A program made the position numbers and the translations under genes. A DNA stretch of 63,540 nucleotides, counting the filler, from Licmophora abbreviata (taxonomy: Eukaryota): NCBI GenBank assembly GCA_900291995.1. It is 24 parts of 24 records of this genome, joined end to end, with 100 filler letters (N's around TTAATTAATTAA, not from the genome) between each part and the next. Parts side by side here need not be neighbours in the genome. Positions count along the whole stretch, not along the records: positions 27,345 to 36,816 come from OLMU01005997.1; positions 36,917 to 38,324 come from OLMU01005998.1; positions 38,425 to 41,869 come from OLMU01005999.1; positions 41,970 to 44,302 come from OLMU01006000.1; 20 more parts are not named here. One strand, given 5' to 3'. The first letter of the stretch is position 1; each line of letters opens with the position of its first letter. Shown one piece after another: positions 31,316-44,402 of this stretch. The notes under the pieces are model-generated. The model was not told where the DNA came from. It did no database searches and was given only the letters and a program-made list of their open reading frames with translations.

Positions 31316-32372
31316 ATGAGACCATCTATAGTGGGAGGAGCAGACTTGCTCAGTCGAGTAGCAGGAGTGCTCCTGCCACTGCTTCTACTGACTACTCTAC
31401 ACGCAGAGGCATGGGCTCCTCCTCCATCACGCTCCACCGCTGCGGCGTATCGTGGGGTGTTCTTTCCAAGGGCCACAACAACGACAACAAGACCGTATTC
31501 TACTACGAGACTCTACTCGGAACCAACGGATACGGATGATGACAGCAAGCAACAACAACAACAACAACAACGACAAGTCACTTCCTTTGATGATGCGGGA
31601 CAGGGCTTGCGGGATGCGGAAGACAACAAGCGTCTAGAAGAAATGGGAGATTTTGACTCCAATCCGGATGTGAGTAAGAGAACGTAAATGGCGAGCATGG
31701 AATGCACTTTTTTAAAAACACAAGAGTCACTCTCTCTGTTGCTCACCTTCTTCTCCTTTTGTCGCTCTCCAATCCTCCTAGTATCAATCGGACAATATTG
31801 ACAAGATGCGCGCGGCCATTCGCAAGCGGACGGCTGAAATGGGACTGGAAAAGAGCAAGCTCTCGCAAGAGATACTGAAGGAGGCCTCCAAGCGTGCGCA
31901 AGAAGGTGCCGCGTCTGGCGACAATGCCTTGGATTTGACCAAAATTCGGGGTCAGCTCGATCCCAACATGCCCAGTATGTTCTTTGACCCGGAAGACGAA
32001 ATGACAGACGAAGAAAAGAAGCAGGTAGATCCGGTGGATACTCAGAATTTATTCGAACAGGCCAAGAATGAGATTGTCAATAGCAAATGGCCGGACTTTA
32101 CTGCTGCACTGAGGGAGGTGGGAGTCATGTTTCTTGTGGTGGCCTTCACGGCTGGATTGATCATTCAGTGGGATGCTGTCTTGCGTGACTTTTATACCGA
32201 CACGCTGCATTTGATTCCAACGGCAGAAGAGATTCAGTCGCGCTTTACAGGATTGGACTTGCCAGAGGGATGGACGCAGTCGTTGAATGAAAATGATGTA
32301 GCGAACTTGCCCAGTGTGGTGAGGGAGAATATTGGTGGAAGTGAAAGTGGGTCGTTGTTGCCAGATTTGTAA
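31316..32372 (+). CDS. secE: Plastid-targeted SecE-domain protein (intron 31670-31781)
   Basis: AEA-WAP presequence; AKNEI...KWP....ALRE+.V+.LVVAF...LII..D.VL SecE pattern; phase-0 intron. Confidence 0.7.
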
Positions 32373-32894
32373 AAGAACAGCAGATGGAAGGCTCTAGAGT
32401 CAAGGATAAATTCTAACAAGAAACGGATGAAACGCCACCCTTGGTATGTTTACGTATTTAGTAACCAAGTGCAAAGTGTAAGATCCGCACCAATGAATAT
32501 CGGTGTCTTTGTTTCGTGTCGTCGTCTCGACCACACTGTAGAGGTCAAAGTAGAAATGATATATGGTCCACCCACACGCTCGCTCTCTAGAGATGAATAC
32601 GTGTGAAACAGAAACGTAAGGCTGGACAGCTTAGTTGATGGCCTATGGGGTGGCAAGCTCCAAGTGAGGCAGACTTCCGTACCGGTACCAAGTTCGTAGT
32701 CGAACGGTCTCATCATGCCTCAATGCATCGTCTCAAGTCTAACCGGTCGCGGTCTGGGTCACTAGTACTCCGGAGTAGTGGTGAGTGATGTCATAGACGG
32801 GACTGGTTTTGATTCACTCGACTGCACTCAGATCGATGTTTCGCTCTTCCACACAGAACAAGAGAGTTCGCTGCATTCCTATCCCCCTGCGACC

Positions 32895-35800
32895 ATGACG
32901 ATCGCTTTTGATCGACCGATCGGCGCCCCCGCCGACGTAAAGGAGCTAGAATACATCAGTGCCTTGCATCAGACCGAGGCGACATCGTTAAGAGCCAATG
33001 GCAGTATTCAGGGTGCGTTAAATTCAACAAAATTCAGAATTCATCAGGGCAAATTTTACTCAACTCGCAATCACTTTTTGCTATAGCTTGCGATATTCAG
33101 AACTTCCTTTCGTCTCGTCATGGCCTCGCGGTGGATCTTGACTTTATTCAGAATGAGATTCTCGACAACCTCGCCGGCGACCTGGAAGCCGAAGCTGACG
33201 ACGTGATGGATCTCTGCCAAATTGTGGCGATCCTCTTGATCCCTCATCTTCTGAAAGAACCTCACGACGGGAGCCTACTGATCCAGAGTGTGCTGAGTGT
33301 GATACTGAATGATGTTCAAAGTCTGAATCCTAGTGTGCATGGCAGCAGCGACAATGGTAGCATTTCAGACCCACCCGTGCTCACGCCCGATCTGTTGAGA
33401 TCCATCCTGGAGTGCTACGGCGAGTTTGATGCTCCCGACGAGTTGCTGGACACGATGATTCAGCATGCGAGAAAGAACGGTGCTGCTGATGATCTTAGAC
33501 TGGACGAGAAGACGCTTCGAGATGCGCTGACGGCCGATGTGGAGCGACACTACTCGACCGACTGGGATACGCGATTCACAACACACTATGATGACGCAGG
33601 AATCTTTCGTCCTGTATTGATGCGCAGCGAATCGAATGTCAAGTCGAGAGGCACCCGATCTCTCATGGCTCATTTGAATGACGACGATGATAAAGATGAG
33701 GAAGAGGAGCTGCACAACAAGAATGCACAAGACACTACTGCCGGCAAGAAGGAGAAGCCGTTTCGACGGCTTTTCACAGCCGCTTTCATTGATACGATTG
33801 CCGACACGCTACGATCGCAGACCTTCACGGTAATCCTATGGGCATGCTATGTCGTGAGTTACTATGCTTATTTTGCCGATGTTACTGCCAATTTTGGGCG
33901 GATCGACTGTGAAGGAAAGCTGTCAAGTTTTGGATGCAAGGTGTTGAATGGAATTACGAACTGGCTGGTGATTTTTCTGCAACTCAGTGTCTTGGGGAGC
34001 TCGTTTATTGTCTTTGGAAGTGCAGGAAACAGCTTAAAAGGAAACAAGCGCGTGAGCATCCTAGCTTTGTTACTTGGCATTGTTTCCATCGTCGTCTTGG
34101 CGATTCTTCCATTCTTGCACTCCTTCGAGACCCAGTTTTTCGATACCGACAAGGACGAAGAAGCCAATGTTGTTAGCTACTACATTGCTTTTGCATTGGG
34201 CTGTTTACTAATAGTGATTCAACTCTTGCAGTTGTTCAGCGAGCTGTTCGAGCTGTCCCGCCTAAAGGAGAACAAGATACTGAATGTGTTCTTGACAGCC
34301 GGCATTCGCAAAATGGAACGCCGGACAAAAAAGGCTGCCACTTTCAAGGTTAACCGGATGGTACAGAACGCGCTCGACTTGCATACGAATGTTGTGTACT
34401 CCGAGTCGGCCGCAGCTACGGCTGCAAAACAGAGCAGCCAAATGAACCAGAGTACTGCGCTCATTAATTTCCAAACACGAGAGCTGCAGTCGGAGCGAGC
34501 TGGTGGTCTGCTTTGGGGACTAAGACGAGTATGGAACAAAAATATCTTTTCAGAAGAGGGTGTCTGGTTACATGCACGGCTTGTGGCGTGCGTCGCGTCA
34601 CAGGTGATTGTCTGCCTGGTGTTGATTTTCACTTTTTCCTATCTTCTGTTGTACGTGGAAGAGATCACCGAGTACATTGAAGACAATACCGAAGAAGGCG
34701 AAACGCCGATCGTCCATACCTGGGAGTACGTGATTTGTGTTGATGTACAGCTAACTTGAATCCAAGAAGTCGCCAACCGTTTTTTTGAAATCTTTCTTGC
34801 AGGGTTGTACTGGCAGGATCATTTGGGATCATTGCTGGTCTGAGCGCTTGTTTGAGCATTGCCATCGTAAACATTCCATCCTTTATCTCCACAGTCTTGC
34901 AGTTTCGGTGTGGCGTGCTACCCAGTCTTCGAAATCGGGATTTCCTTGTCTATCGGTGTGCTAGTAAGTGAGATTGTGCTATCTTTTCGGACAATGCGGT
35001 GTAACCAGACTCACAAATACTCTCTGCATTTCAATTTCCAGTCGATCAAACCGGCATTTTGTTCGGCAGCAGCTTCTGGGGTTGCGTGTTCACCGCGGTA
35101 TGTGCCCCTTGCGTTTGACATTATGACTCGCAATTCGCTGTTCTCTGGTACACACAACTGATCGCTCTGCTTCTTTCGTTACTACTCCCTCCAACTGACA
35201 AGTTTGTCATGACACTGATTATCGGGGGAGTCACATTCTTCGCCTGCTGGCATGTGAGTGACTTGGAAGTTTTCCTCTGCATGAGAAGCCTCATGCATAG
35301 AATTCGCTGGTCTAGACGAGCGTCTCACGCTTCCTTGTCTTTACTCCCGATCCCTTTGATAGATCACTCGTGACCTTGCGCTTACGATCATCGCCCAGAT
35401 CATTGGTGTGGCCGTCACAGTGATTATGAAGCTGATCATTCTCATTGCCTTGAGAACATCCTTCTATGCAGGATTCTATAGAAAGAGACCCGCGCCCGCA
35501 AACTGCCTGAATGTCGTGCTGGAATGCTGGGCCCTTGGCCTATCTGCCGGATACATGCTAGCTCGAACAATTAAAATCTTGCTTGCAGCGGCGACTTTTC
35601 TCGGTCGACTTGATACACCCTTCCTTGCGCCTGGGGCGGGAGTCATTGGTCCAGTCAGTAAGTCCTTTATCGCACACGAATGGCGGCGAGCGTTTTCTTG
35701 TGTTCGGCATCTAACAATCATGTATGTCGATCACTCCCATTCACGCAGTCTTGGACGCTTACCCTGTTGCCTTCCGCAAGGACATTTTGGTACATGATGC

Positions 35801-36276
35801 TCATCGTCATCCATATATTGAGAGGCTGGGCGTCATGTACATGCTGAAACTAAAGTTTGGCCGCGACTTTGGCACGCGCGCGGGCTTCGTGCTGGCGCCT
35901 GATGTTCGTCTTGGCCCTGATGCCGTGGCTCCGGCGGTATCGCGTGAGGTTCGTTGGTGATGCTCTGGAACGAGAATTGGCTAAAGTGGACGAGCTACTG
36001 TTGGAAGATGAACATGACGATGAGCAGGGTGTTGAGGATCGTCGAAAGACTCTCGAAAACCGACGTGCCAGTTTACGGCTCTTGCAAGACACGGAGAAGC
36101 TTGGCGCGAATCGGGAAGAGGTTCTGGAACGAGAGGTCGAGATGCTCAAGGATGAACTTTCAGTGCTCAAGAAGGAAATGGAGCACATGAAAGGCTGTAT
36201 CAGTGCAGAAAGGACAGTAGCGAGAAGCTCCTTGAAAGGTTCTGACCGCTCTTCGGATGTGGGATCTCAAGGCTGA
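32895..36276 (+). CDS. Multi-exon, multi-pass membrane protein; degenerate EF-hand/calmodulin-like N-terminus and STRA6-like C-terminus
   Basis: Exon 1 32895-33012, exon 2 33087-34725, then several short exons; many TM segments; GRLDTPFL...LD.YP.AF...IL..DAHRHPY...[14 protein letters not shown]; probable 1-bp insertion near 35887. Confidence 0.65.
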
Positions 36277-36639
36277 ACATCACCAGGCGTTTGATCTCTG
36301 TGAAAATGCGCCTCACCCCAGAGGTCTCTTTCGAACTAAGGAGAGTTCAGGCTTCAGAAGTTGTTAAACTAGTTTGAGCGAAGGTTCACACGTGACATTC
36401 TTATTGAAAAAGGCACGAAAAGGTGTTTGAATGATCGTCCACGGGATCGAGCTCTCCTGTTGGAGACGAAGATACCTAGCTCGAGAGTATGAATACCCGG
36501 ATGTAAAGAACTCATCAAGTCGTCCGGGGGCTGCTCGTAGAACTCGTACTACCGTCTACGCTCGTACGTCATGGGCCGCCCATTCACCCCTTCATCACTG
36601 CGCACTGTTCTGCGAACACTGACGCCGACGCCGGTCACC

Positions 36640-37873
36640 ATGATCAAGTCACTTCTCCTGGCGCTCGTCGCCATAGCCGCATCGTCAGGTGAGATATAAG
36701 AAGTAGAGGGAATGTGGTCGAATGGAAGAACAGGAAGCGGAAAAAAGTAAAACGAAGAGAACGAAATAGCTTCTTGAGAAGTTGATTTTTGTGATGGCTG
36801 ACGTGCCGAAATCAAGNNNNNNNNNNNNNNNNNNNNNNNNNNNNNNNNNNNNNNNNNNNNTTAATTAATTAANNNNNNNNNNNNNNNNNNNNNNNNNNNN
36901 NNNNNNNNNNNNNNNNGTGCCGAAATCAAGTTTCGATGTTTCGTCGCCCGCCCTGGGGACCGAGCTGCACACTATTGCGTTACTGGGTCTAGTTTTGATT
37001 CTATGGGGGTTGCTGCTGGGCCTCCGGTGGTCGAGAGTGCCCATTGCCAAGACCCTCGATTTCGCTGACGGTGATGGCTCTGTTTTCGACCCATAACCTA
37101 ATTCATTCTAACTCGTTTTCCCGCCCTGCTGTTTCTATAGATGCCTTTTCCACCAGTTTTGTCCCACGAGCATCCTCTATTTCGTCAGTTCGCTCCTCTT
37201 CTTCTCTTTCTATGAAATTGTACGACTGGAAGCGTCGTGAAGCGGACGAGTCTGCCTTGAACGATGTCGAAAACACGGAATGGACATTTGGCAATCTCAA
37301 GCCCGCCCCGGGATCGCGTAAACGCAAGTCCCGCAAGGGCCGCGGTATTTCTGCCGGGCAGGGTGCGACCTGTGGTTTTGGTATGCGTGGACAAAAGTCG
37401 CGCAGTGGCAGGCCAACGCGACCTGGATTTGAAGGAGGACAGAATCCGCTCTATAGACGTTTGCCGAAGTATGTTGGCAAGCCCATGGGACCGGGACACA
37501 AGAAGACTATTTACAACTTGATTCAGTTGGACAGCTTGAACGATATGGCTCCTGGAAGTACTTGCAATTGTGAGTGGATGATGAAGTATGGTCATGTGAA
37601 TCTGGCGTGTCGTCGTGATGATGTGACTTACACCTTTTTGTTTGCTTTAATTACATTAATCGCCCAGTCGAGTCACTTTTCGAGAGCAATGCCGTTACGA
37701 AGAGTAAACATTCTATTCACAAGGTGGTTGTCGGCAAGAAAGACTTTACCGCCAAGGACCTTACAGTCCAGGCCCATGCCTTTACCGGCAAGGCCCGTGA
37801 GATGATCGAGGCCAACGGTGGCAAGGTGGAACTCTTGAAGCGAACGACCGGAGAAGTAATTTCGGCAGAGTAA
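36640..37873 (+). CDS. rpl15: Plastid 50S ribosomal protein L15 (exons 36640-36688, 37141-37569, 37668-37873; first intron spans a linker)
   Basis: [37 protein letters not shown]...[14 protein letters not shown]; exon 1 [16 protein letters not shown] joins DA-FS; C-terminal VQAHAFT.KAR.MIE..GG. Confidence 0.93.
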
Positions 37874-38503
37874 AGATGATGGAATAGTAGTCTTTTTAAG
37901 TCACGACCGATCTCTAGCTCTCTCGCTGGTCTGAAACTAGAGTGATGGGCGTAACCGTTCGGACCGAATACCGTACTGTCATCGGGATGGCAAAAGAAAA
38001 GAAAAAATGAGCTCGCTCTCCATGGGACCGAGCACAGGAACCCGACAGTTGGCAGACTGCTACTCCGTCTCAAAGATTCAGCAATAAGGACATCCTCACT
38101 GAACATTTAATGCTTCTCCTTTATACCATACCTTATGCCCAAGCGTGACTGCTGAGAGAGCCCGGGGTGATGTCCCAGTGTTCTGCGGCTGCAGCGAGGG
38201 CATAGTTGGTGAGGTGTGAGGTAGTGAGCGGACGGCTATAAGCGTGACCCTAGTGCGAGTGGCACTCGTGAATGTCTATTTGGACACTCCTGACCTGTTG
38301 CTTTCCAAGTGCGTAAGTGTATTCNNNNNNNNNNNNNNNNNNNNNNNNNNNNNNNNNNNNNNNNNNNNTTAATTAATTAANNNNNNNNNNNNNNNNNNNN
38401 NNNNNNNNNNNNNNNNNNNNNNNNGCTCAATCGTTCCCTTTCTACTATCATAGCATAGGATGGCTCACCTCTGAGACAAGCAAGCTCACAGGTCCACGAA
38501 GAA

Positions 38504-39748
38504 ATGAAGAGGAGTAGCTGTGCTTGTCGACTGCAGGTCTCCTTCCTGCTCGCTCTGATCTTGTTGCGGATGCTGAGCCATCATACGCTGAACACACTCC
38601 AGCGAAGTTTTCGCCGTGGGGAGGAGGAATCACCATCTCTGGACGAAAACACCTCGTCCCTTCTCAATACCTCACATCCCAATCCTTGGAACTTCCAGAT
38701 CTACAGCCCACTCGCTCCGGCCTGCACCCCGCTGCATGTCGACGACGATGTTGATTTTACACTCGTCACACAAACATCGCAAGACAGACTCCATCTAATG
38801 AAGGAACACTGTCAACGGTGGCCACACTCGATTTCCCTCGCCATCGGCTCCAACATTACCGTCGACGAAAAGGAACTTCGAAGAGACTTGTCCGATATGG
38901 GATGTGTACAACGCCATATTCGGCTATCCTTTTTGCAGATTGTCGGGAACGGGGAAGAATACCCCGTCAATGCCCTGCGTAACTTGGCTCTGGCTCAGGT
39001 CACTACCAGCCATGTCCTCTATGTGGATATAGACTTCCTCGTATCTCATGGAGCCTACGAAGAGCTGTGGCAGCACCGGCAAACGTTTCGGCAGGCACCA
39101 AAGAAGGCGGTGGTGCTACCGGCGTTCGAGATTTCGGGATGCCGTTTTTTCCCTTGGTGTTTGGAGAGTCACCCCGAGCGTCTCATTCCGAACACAAAAG
39201 AGGAAGCCCGCCGACAATACAACCACGAGGGCATGGGAAAAAGAGCTCTTGTCGAGTCGAATGAGACTTGCCTCACGTCCTTTGACGGACCTAGGAACCG
39301 GGATGGTCACAATTCAACCGACTACCTCGCTTGGTTTCGGCAAGACCCTGATGCTTTGCAAGTGCTGCCATGTCTGTCATCGGATCGGTACGAACCTTAC
39401 ATTGTCTTTCGGTATTGTCATGATACACCACCTTTCCCTGAAGCTTTTGCCGGGTATGGTCGAAACAAAATGGTGTGGTTTCAATTGATGCACCGTCTGG
39501 GCTGGGAGTTCTGGCGTGCAAGTCAATCCTTTGTGACACACGTACCACATCATGGGTCACCAGCAAAGGGCTTTTGGAAGTTATCCAAAAACAAAACAGG
39601 GAAACCAAAGTCTGCAATTCTTTCGGATGCTTTTGCCGAATGGTTGCCCGGTGCCTTGCCCGATCAACGGCGCCACCCGTACTGCCCTGAAAGTAATGGC
39701 AAAAAGAACATTTGGTATCCGCTGCCGAACACCACGACAGTGAGCTAG
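38504..39748 (+). CDS. Glycosyltransferase family 49 (LARGE-like), type II membrane protein
   Basis: TLVTQ.S.DRL, YPVN.LRN.AL..V.T.HV.YVDIDF, V.PAFE, YEPYIV, F.GYG.NK. Confidence 0.9.
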   Translation: MKRSSCACRLQVSFLLALILLRMLSHHTLNTLQRSFRRGEEESPSLDENTSSLLNTSHPNPWNFQIYSPLAPACTPLHVDDDVDFTLVTQTSQDRLHLMKEHCQRWPHSISLAIGSNITVDEKELRRDLSDMGCVQRHIRLSFLQIVGNGEEYPVNALRNLALAQVTTSHVLYVDIDFLVSHGAYEELWQHRQTFRQAPKKAVVLPAFEISGCRFFPWCLESHPERLIPNTKEEARRQYNHEGMGKRALVESNETCLTSFDGPRNRDGHNSTDYLAWFRQDPDALQVLPCLSSDRYEPYIVFRYCHDTPPFPEAFAGYGRNKMVWFQLMHRLGWEFWRASQSFVTHVPHHGSPAKGFWKLSKNKTGKPKSAILSDAFAEWLPGALPDQRRHPYCPESNGKKNIWYPLPNTTTVS

Positions 39749-40076
39749 GGGAGTTCAAGCGGCTTGGCATTGGATTTCAGTTGGTTTCCATTAAAAAACC
39801 ACGTGTTGTCAAGGTATCCAGAGATATGCGTGCATTCGAAAGTTTTGTCATCGTGACAAACTTGAACAAGGGACAGTCTGTGGATTGTGGATTACTTCTC
39901 AGGCGCATCGAATCCAATCATTTAACATATCATTTCAAGGAGACGTTGGGGAGCGTCCATTGTACGGTATGGGAGGTATGATAAGGAGCATTACAATTTA
40001 GAGCTTTGCCACAACGCCTACAACTACTTCTTCCACAAACACACACAAGAGTCACTCAGAGTCGAGTAGCTCATCA

Positions 40077-41309
40077 TCAAACAGACACTAGATCGGGCGC
40101 CCCCGTCAACGTCGTCTCATCGTCCACCGGCACATCCCCTTCGCCACATACAAGATAGATCGAGCTAGGGTAGTTGGGTACAACACAGCTTTCGTGGTCC
40201 TCATCGTCAGGCCCTTCTTGCTGGAGCGCAACAGCAACATCTCCTTGCCCCCAGAGTGTTAGACTTTGTTGTCGGCCGTACGTCAGTGTTCCGTACCACC
40301 ACGCTCTTTTTGTTCTCTTCACTCGTACTGTGCGAGTCCTTGTCACTGCACGGAGGCGTCGTCACTGCACCCTTGCTATTACTGTTGTTGACAATGGTAC
40401 TTTCAAGATCCTGCAAGTCTTCAGGATCGCAAAAGTCGATCGCATCCTCCTCTCGCAACACCCTCAGCCTTCCCGTGTGCACTGCTTCAAAGTCCATTTC
40501 GTAACGACGTGCAAGTTCGACAGCTTCTTCTCGAATCGTGGAGAGCCCCTGAAGCATGCTTGTGGAGTTTTGGATATTCGTGTCAAAGTCCATCAATCGA
40601 ACCAGCAGCGGCACTAGGTCCTTCCAGCCTCGGTCCGTGACTTCTTCCGTGAGGAGCGTCACAGCAATGAGATTCCGACGATATTCCTTTTTCGCTGTTC
40701 GCAGTTTACTTTCATTCCACGAGATCTTATCTTGGAGTGCCTGACTGGGCTGTCGTTTCTTTTGCGCGGCAGTCTGAAGACTCTCGACCTTGAGACGGTA
40801 CTTTTCCCATGTCTTGTACAAGGATAGAATGTGCTTGAGCTCCGTCGCCACCCGAGTCGACACGGTCTTTTCCCATTCACCGACGTAAGAGACAATGTCA
40901 CGATGGTACTGTTGCAGCTGAGAAGACATTTGGTCGGCATGGAGCGATGATACTTGTCTGTACGAGGACGAGGAGGACGTACTAGTGGTAGTGCGTTGAT
41001 GTTGCTCGTCTTGTTGCTGTTGTTGTTCTTGCTGTACCGGTACTTGGCTTCCCACGACGATCTCCCTCAACGGCGACTCGAGAGTCATCGCGCTCAAACT
41101 TTCGACCAAGGCCGCTCGACTTTTGAGAGAGCGCTGCATATCGGTATAGTGAAGTCGTACTCTTGCATCGAGCGCTCGCAATTCTTGGAAAAGTCCTGAA
41201 AGCGATCTGCGGCCATGCGGAGACGGTCGTCGGCAATATTGGAAGTTTTCGTTGTAAATGGATGATGCGAACGAGCGCTGCCGCTACTGATGAGCTTGGA
41301 TTTCCACAT
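40077..41309 (-). CDS. Coiled-coil / BAR-like protein; apparent frameshifts near 41155 and 40250
   Basis: Three overlapping ORFs (41094-41309, 40207-41181, 40077-40346); YV.EWE..V..RV...Y..KVESL....K+.WNE.KL..A helical pattern. Confidence 0.55.
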
Positions 41310-41970
41310 TTTGATTGGTAATATAGGAAGTACGATGGTGATAAGACTATGACTTCTTGGGATGCTTCACTCCGTACTCTCTTTTCAAGCCTCCTCTACT
41401 TGCATCTCTCAAATTTGCCCCCTTTTTTGGTTGCTTGCCACGACTGTCGTCTCGCTGTTCCTTCCTCGAACCGCGGTCAATCTTGTTTGCGGGGGGATCA
41501 TGTGAGAGAAGTCCCGAGGGGAAAGTACGACTCCTAATATGAATTGTATACATGACTGAATACGATTAGTAAATGACCCAGTCCTGCTTTTCTACTCCAC
41601 AACAAAGACAGTATACTTCTAGATGGGCATCTGAGTACACCACTTGTGCATAAGTAAGGAAATATCATTCATGTTCGAGCTTTTCATCATCGAGCTCGAG
41701 GACTGGAATCGAATGAATCAAATCGGGACCAGAGAACAGAGAACAGAAAAGAGAGAAAAGTATGATATGTTGAAGTGTGAGTTCCCTTCGTTTACAGTTT
41801 ACGAGTTTCCCCTGAGATCTCTCATGATATCAATCATCACCCCTCTCTTGTGTATCCTATGATACATTGNNNNNNNNNNNNNNNNNNNNNNNNNNNNNNN
41901 NNNNNNNNNNNNNTTAATTAATTAANNNNNNNNNNNNNNNNNNNNNNNNNNNNNNNNNNNNNNNNNNNNA

Positions 41971-42294
41971 CGACAGCTTTATCAAGCCCATCCTCCTCCG
42001 CATCGTGCGTCACTACTACTTCCATCTACTTCACTAATACACCAGCATCAGCTACGCTACCCGAATCATGCTACTGCAGTAGGATACCAAAACAACAACA
42101 ACAACAACAGTATCCATCCAAACAATCCTGCACTACCACCTTTTGTGAATGAGCTCGACGAATTGCCTCGAAAAGTGATTGCAGTATCGGAAGAGTCCTA
42201 TTCCGACTCTCTCCATTCCGAATCACACTGTCACTCGGACTGCGCTCCTTCCGACTCGATTCAAGAACACAAAGACACTAAACAGGAGGCCTTG

Positions 42295-42333
<39 letters not shown>

Positions 42334-43627
42334 AAGTCTCGGCAGTCTCCCGAGACGATCGAGTCGTCTTCTGATTCCATATCATCACACACCACTGTTA
42401 CTACTACGACTACTACTTCTACTACTCAATCGCCACGACAATCATCATCACTGCTCGACACGAACGATGTTGAAGTTGCCTGAGTTCTTGTATTCCAATT
42501 GGAAAGTGGCCAATCAAGCGAGATTGCAAGAATTGCACGACGACGACCAACAGATTACGGCGGAGGAACGCTACCATGCCATCGTGGATATGTTTGGAAC
42601 ACAATGTGCCGTTCAGCAACCTCGAAAGAGAGTCAAGCGAGAGCGGAAGAGTGGTACTACTGTATCAGGTTTGGACAGTGCGATGCTACGTAAAATCGAG
42701 TCCGAATTGGAAGACATTCCTTCGTATGAAAAGCTGGCATGGCTGGAGGCGAAAGAGACGGCACTCGCAAGTGAATTTAGTGATCGAAGGATGACACTGT
42801 TTCTGCAGGTGGAGGACATGGATGCCAAGGTATGGATGGTTGGAAGAGTTCAATACGATGTGTGGGTATGCACTTCACTGACTTGTCTACAATATGATGA
42901 ATAGCTCACGCTTGATTCTCATGTATCGTGACAGGGAGCCGCCCGTCGCATTGTCACGTACTGGGAAGAGCGTCGCCGACTGTTTGGCGCGGATAAGTTT
43001 TATCTCCCCATGAGCTTTGACGGTGCTTTGCGGGACGACTTGGAACTGATCGAAACGGGCATCATGTTTCTGCTTCCAGGAGTGGAAGATTCGGGGCGAC
43101 AGGTCCTGGTGTACAACGTACGACTGCATACGGCGGAGCGCAGGGTCGAGAGTATGGTACGTCGTATAAAGTGGTCGACGGGTATATAAAGGAGTCTGAG
43201 AAGGCTCACCCTTGCGTCGTTTATTTACATTTATTTTGAATAGCTCCGAGTTTTATGGTATTATTTGGAGATTTCATGGCGCCACCCCAATGCCGCCAAG
43301 GGAACTATCCTGTACGTTTGCGGGGCCGGATCTAGTCTCAGACATGGAGACGTGAAGTTCGTCCGCAGCATGTTCCAATTGGAGGAGAATGTATTCCCAG
43401 CTCGGATTCGTGCCACCCACATATGCCACCCGCCTCGTGTGATCTTGGTCTTTCTGAAACCGATCGGTCTTGCCAACACGACAAGAGACGCTCGTGCGCG
43501 GACGGTATTTCACGATAGTCCAGATATCGTCGATGCTTTGTCGAGTTATGGTATTCCATCGCGCATGGTTCCCAAGGAGATGGGAGGCACTAGCAAGTAC
43601 GATCACGCGGAATATTTCCAAGATTGA
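41971..43627 (+). CDS. CRAL-TRIO-like domain protein (5' truncated; introns 42830-42934 and 43157-43243; frameshift near 42465)
   Basis: FL.VE.MDAK.AARRIV.YWE.R..LFG, LLP...SGRQV, P.RIRA.HIC, L..YGI....+PKEMGG; introns are phase-matched. Confidence 0.75.
42295..42332. repeat. (AAC)n microsatellite encoding poly-Asn
   Basis: Read directly; similar trinucleotide tracts occur near 20115 (CAT), 30856 (TTG) and 31550 (CAA). Confidence 0.95.
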
Positions 43628-44402
43628 GAAGGATGATCAGCCAGAAAATCATGGCAGAGTTCGATGAGTTTGACTGGGCAACGCTTTGAGCCATCATCAC
43701 GACGGACTCGAAGCTTCGTGTGACTGTCGTGGCGGGTTGTGCGCATCCAATAGGGCTACACTGACGAAGACCTTCTAAGCAGTTGCGTCCTTGGCGTGAC
43801 TGTTGGCTTAGAGAGCGCCTAATAGCTTGCATCAATTATACTCACGCTCCTTACATGGTACATAGCCTATCTGTTGTGTGTTTTTAGGGAGTCGAGTCAT
43901 CTTATGATCCGAGTGCATCAAACCACAGTCCAGCCAGTTTTTAGTTTGCGACGGCGTCTAAATTGACGAAATTCAACTTGAAACTGAAAAAAGAGAAGAA
44001 ACTTCGGGTGACGATCGACGAGCGCTTCACTGATCTGCGTGAAATGTGAAATGGGAACTGGGGGAGCACGACGATGTTCGGAAGTTGAAAGAGTAGGAAC
44101 AAGTCAAGGAGCCTCAAAAGTCGCCGTTCAAGGACCTGCCTTCTAGGTACCATTCTACTCCAGAGTATACCGGTAGGAGGAGTCATTGCATGGGAGCAGC
44201 GTGATCAGAGGTCCCATTTCGTCAGTCTTGCTTGAGCGCTTCGCTGTTCCCGGATATGCTGATCACTCGGTGCCTTCTGGGACAATGACTGTTTAGTATT
44301 GGNNNNNNNNNNNNNNNNNNNNNNNNNNNNNNNNNNNNNNNNNNNNTTAATTAATTAANNNNNNNNNNNNNNNNNNNNNNNNNNNNNNNNNNNNNNNNNN
44401 NN

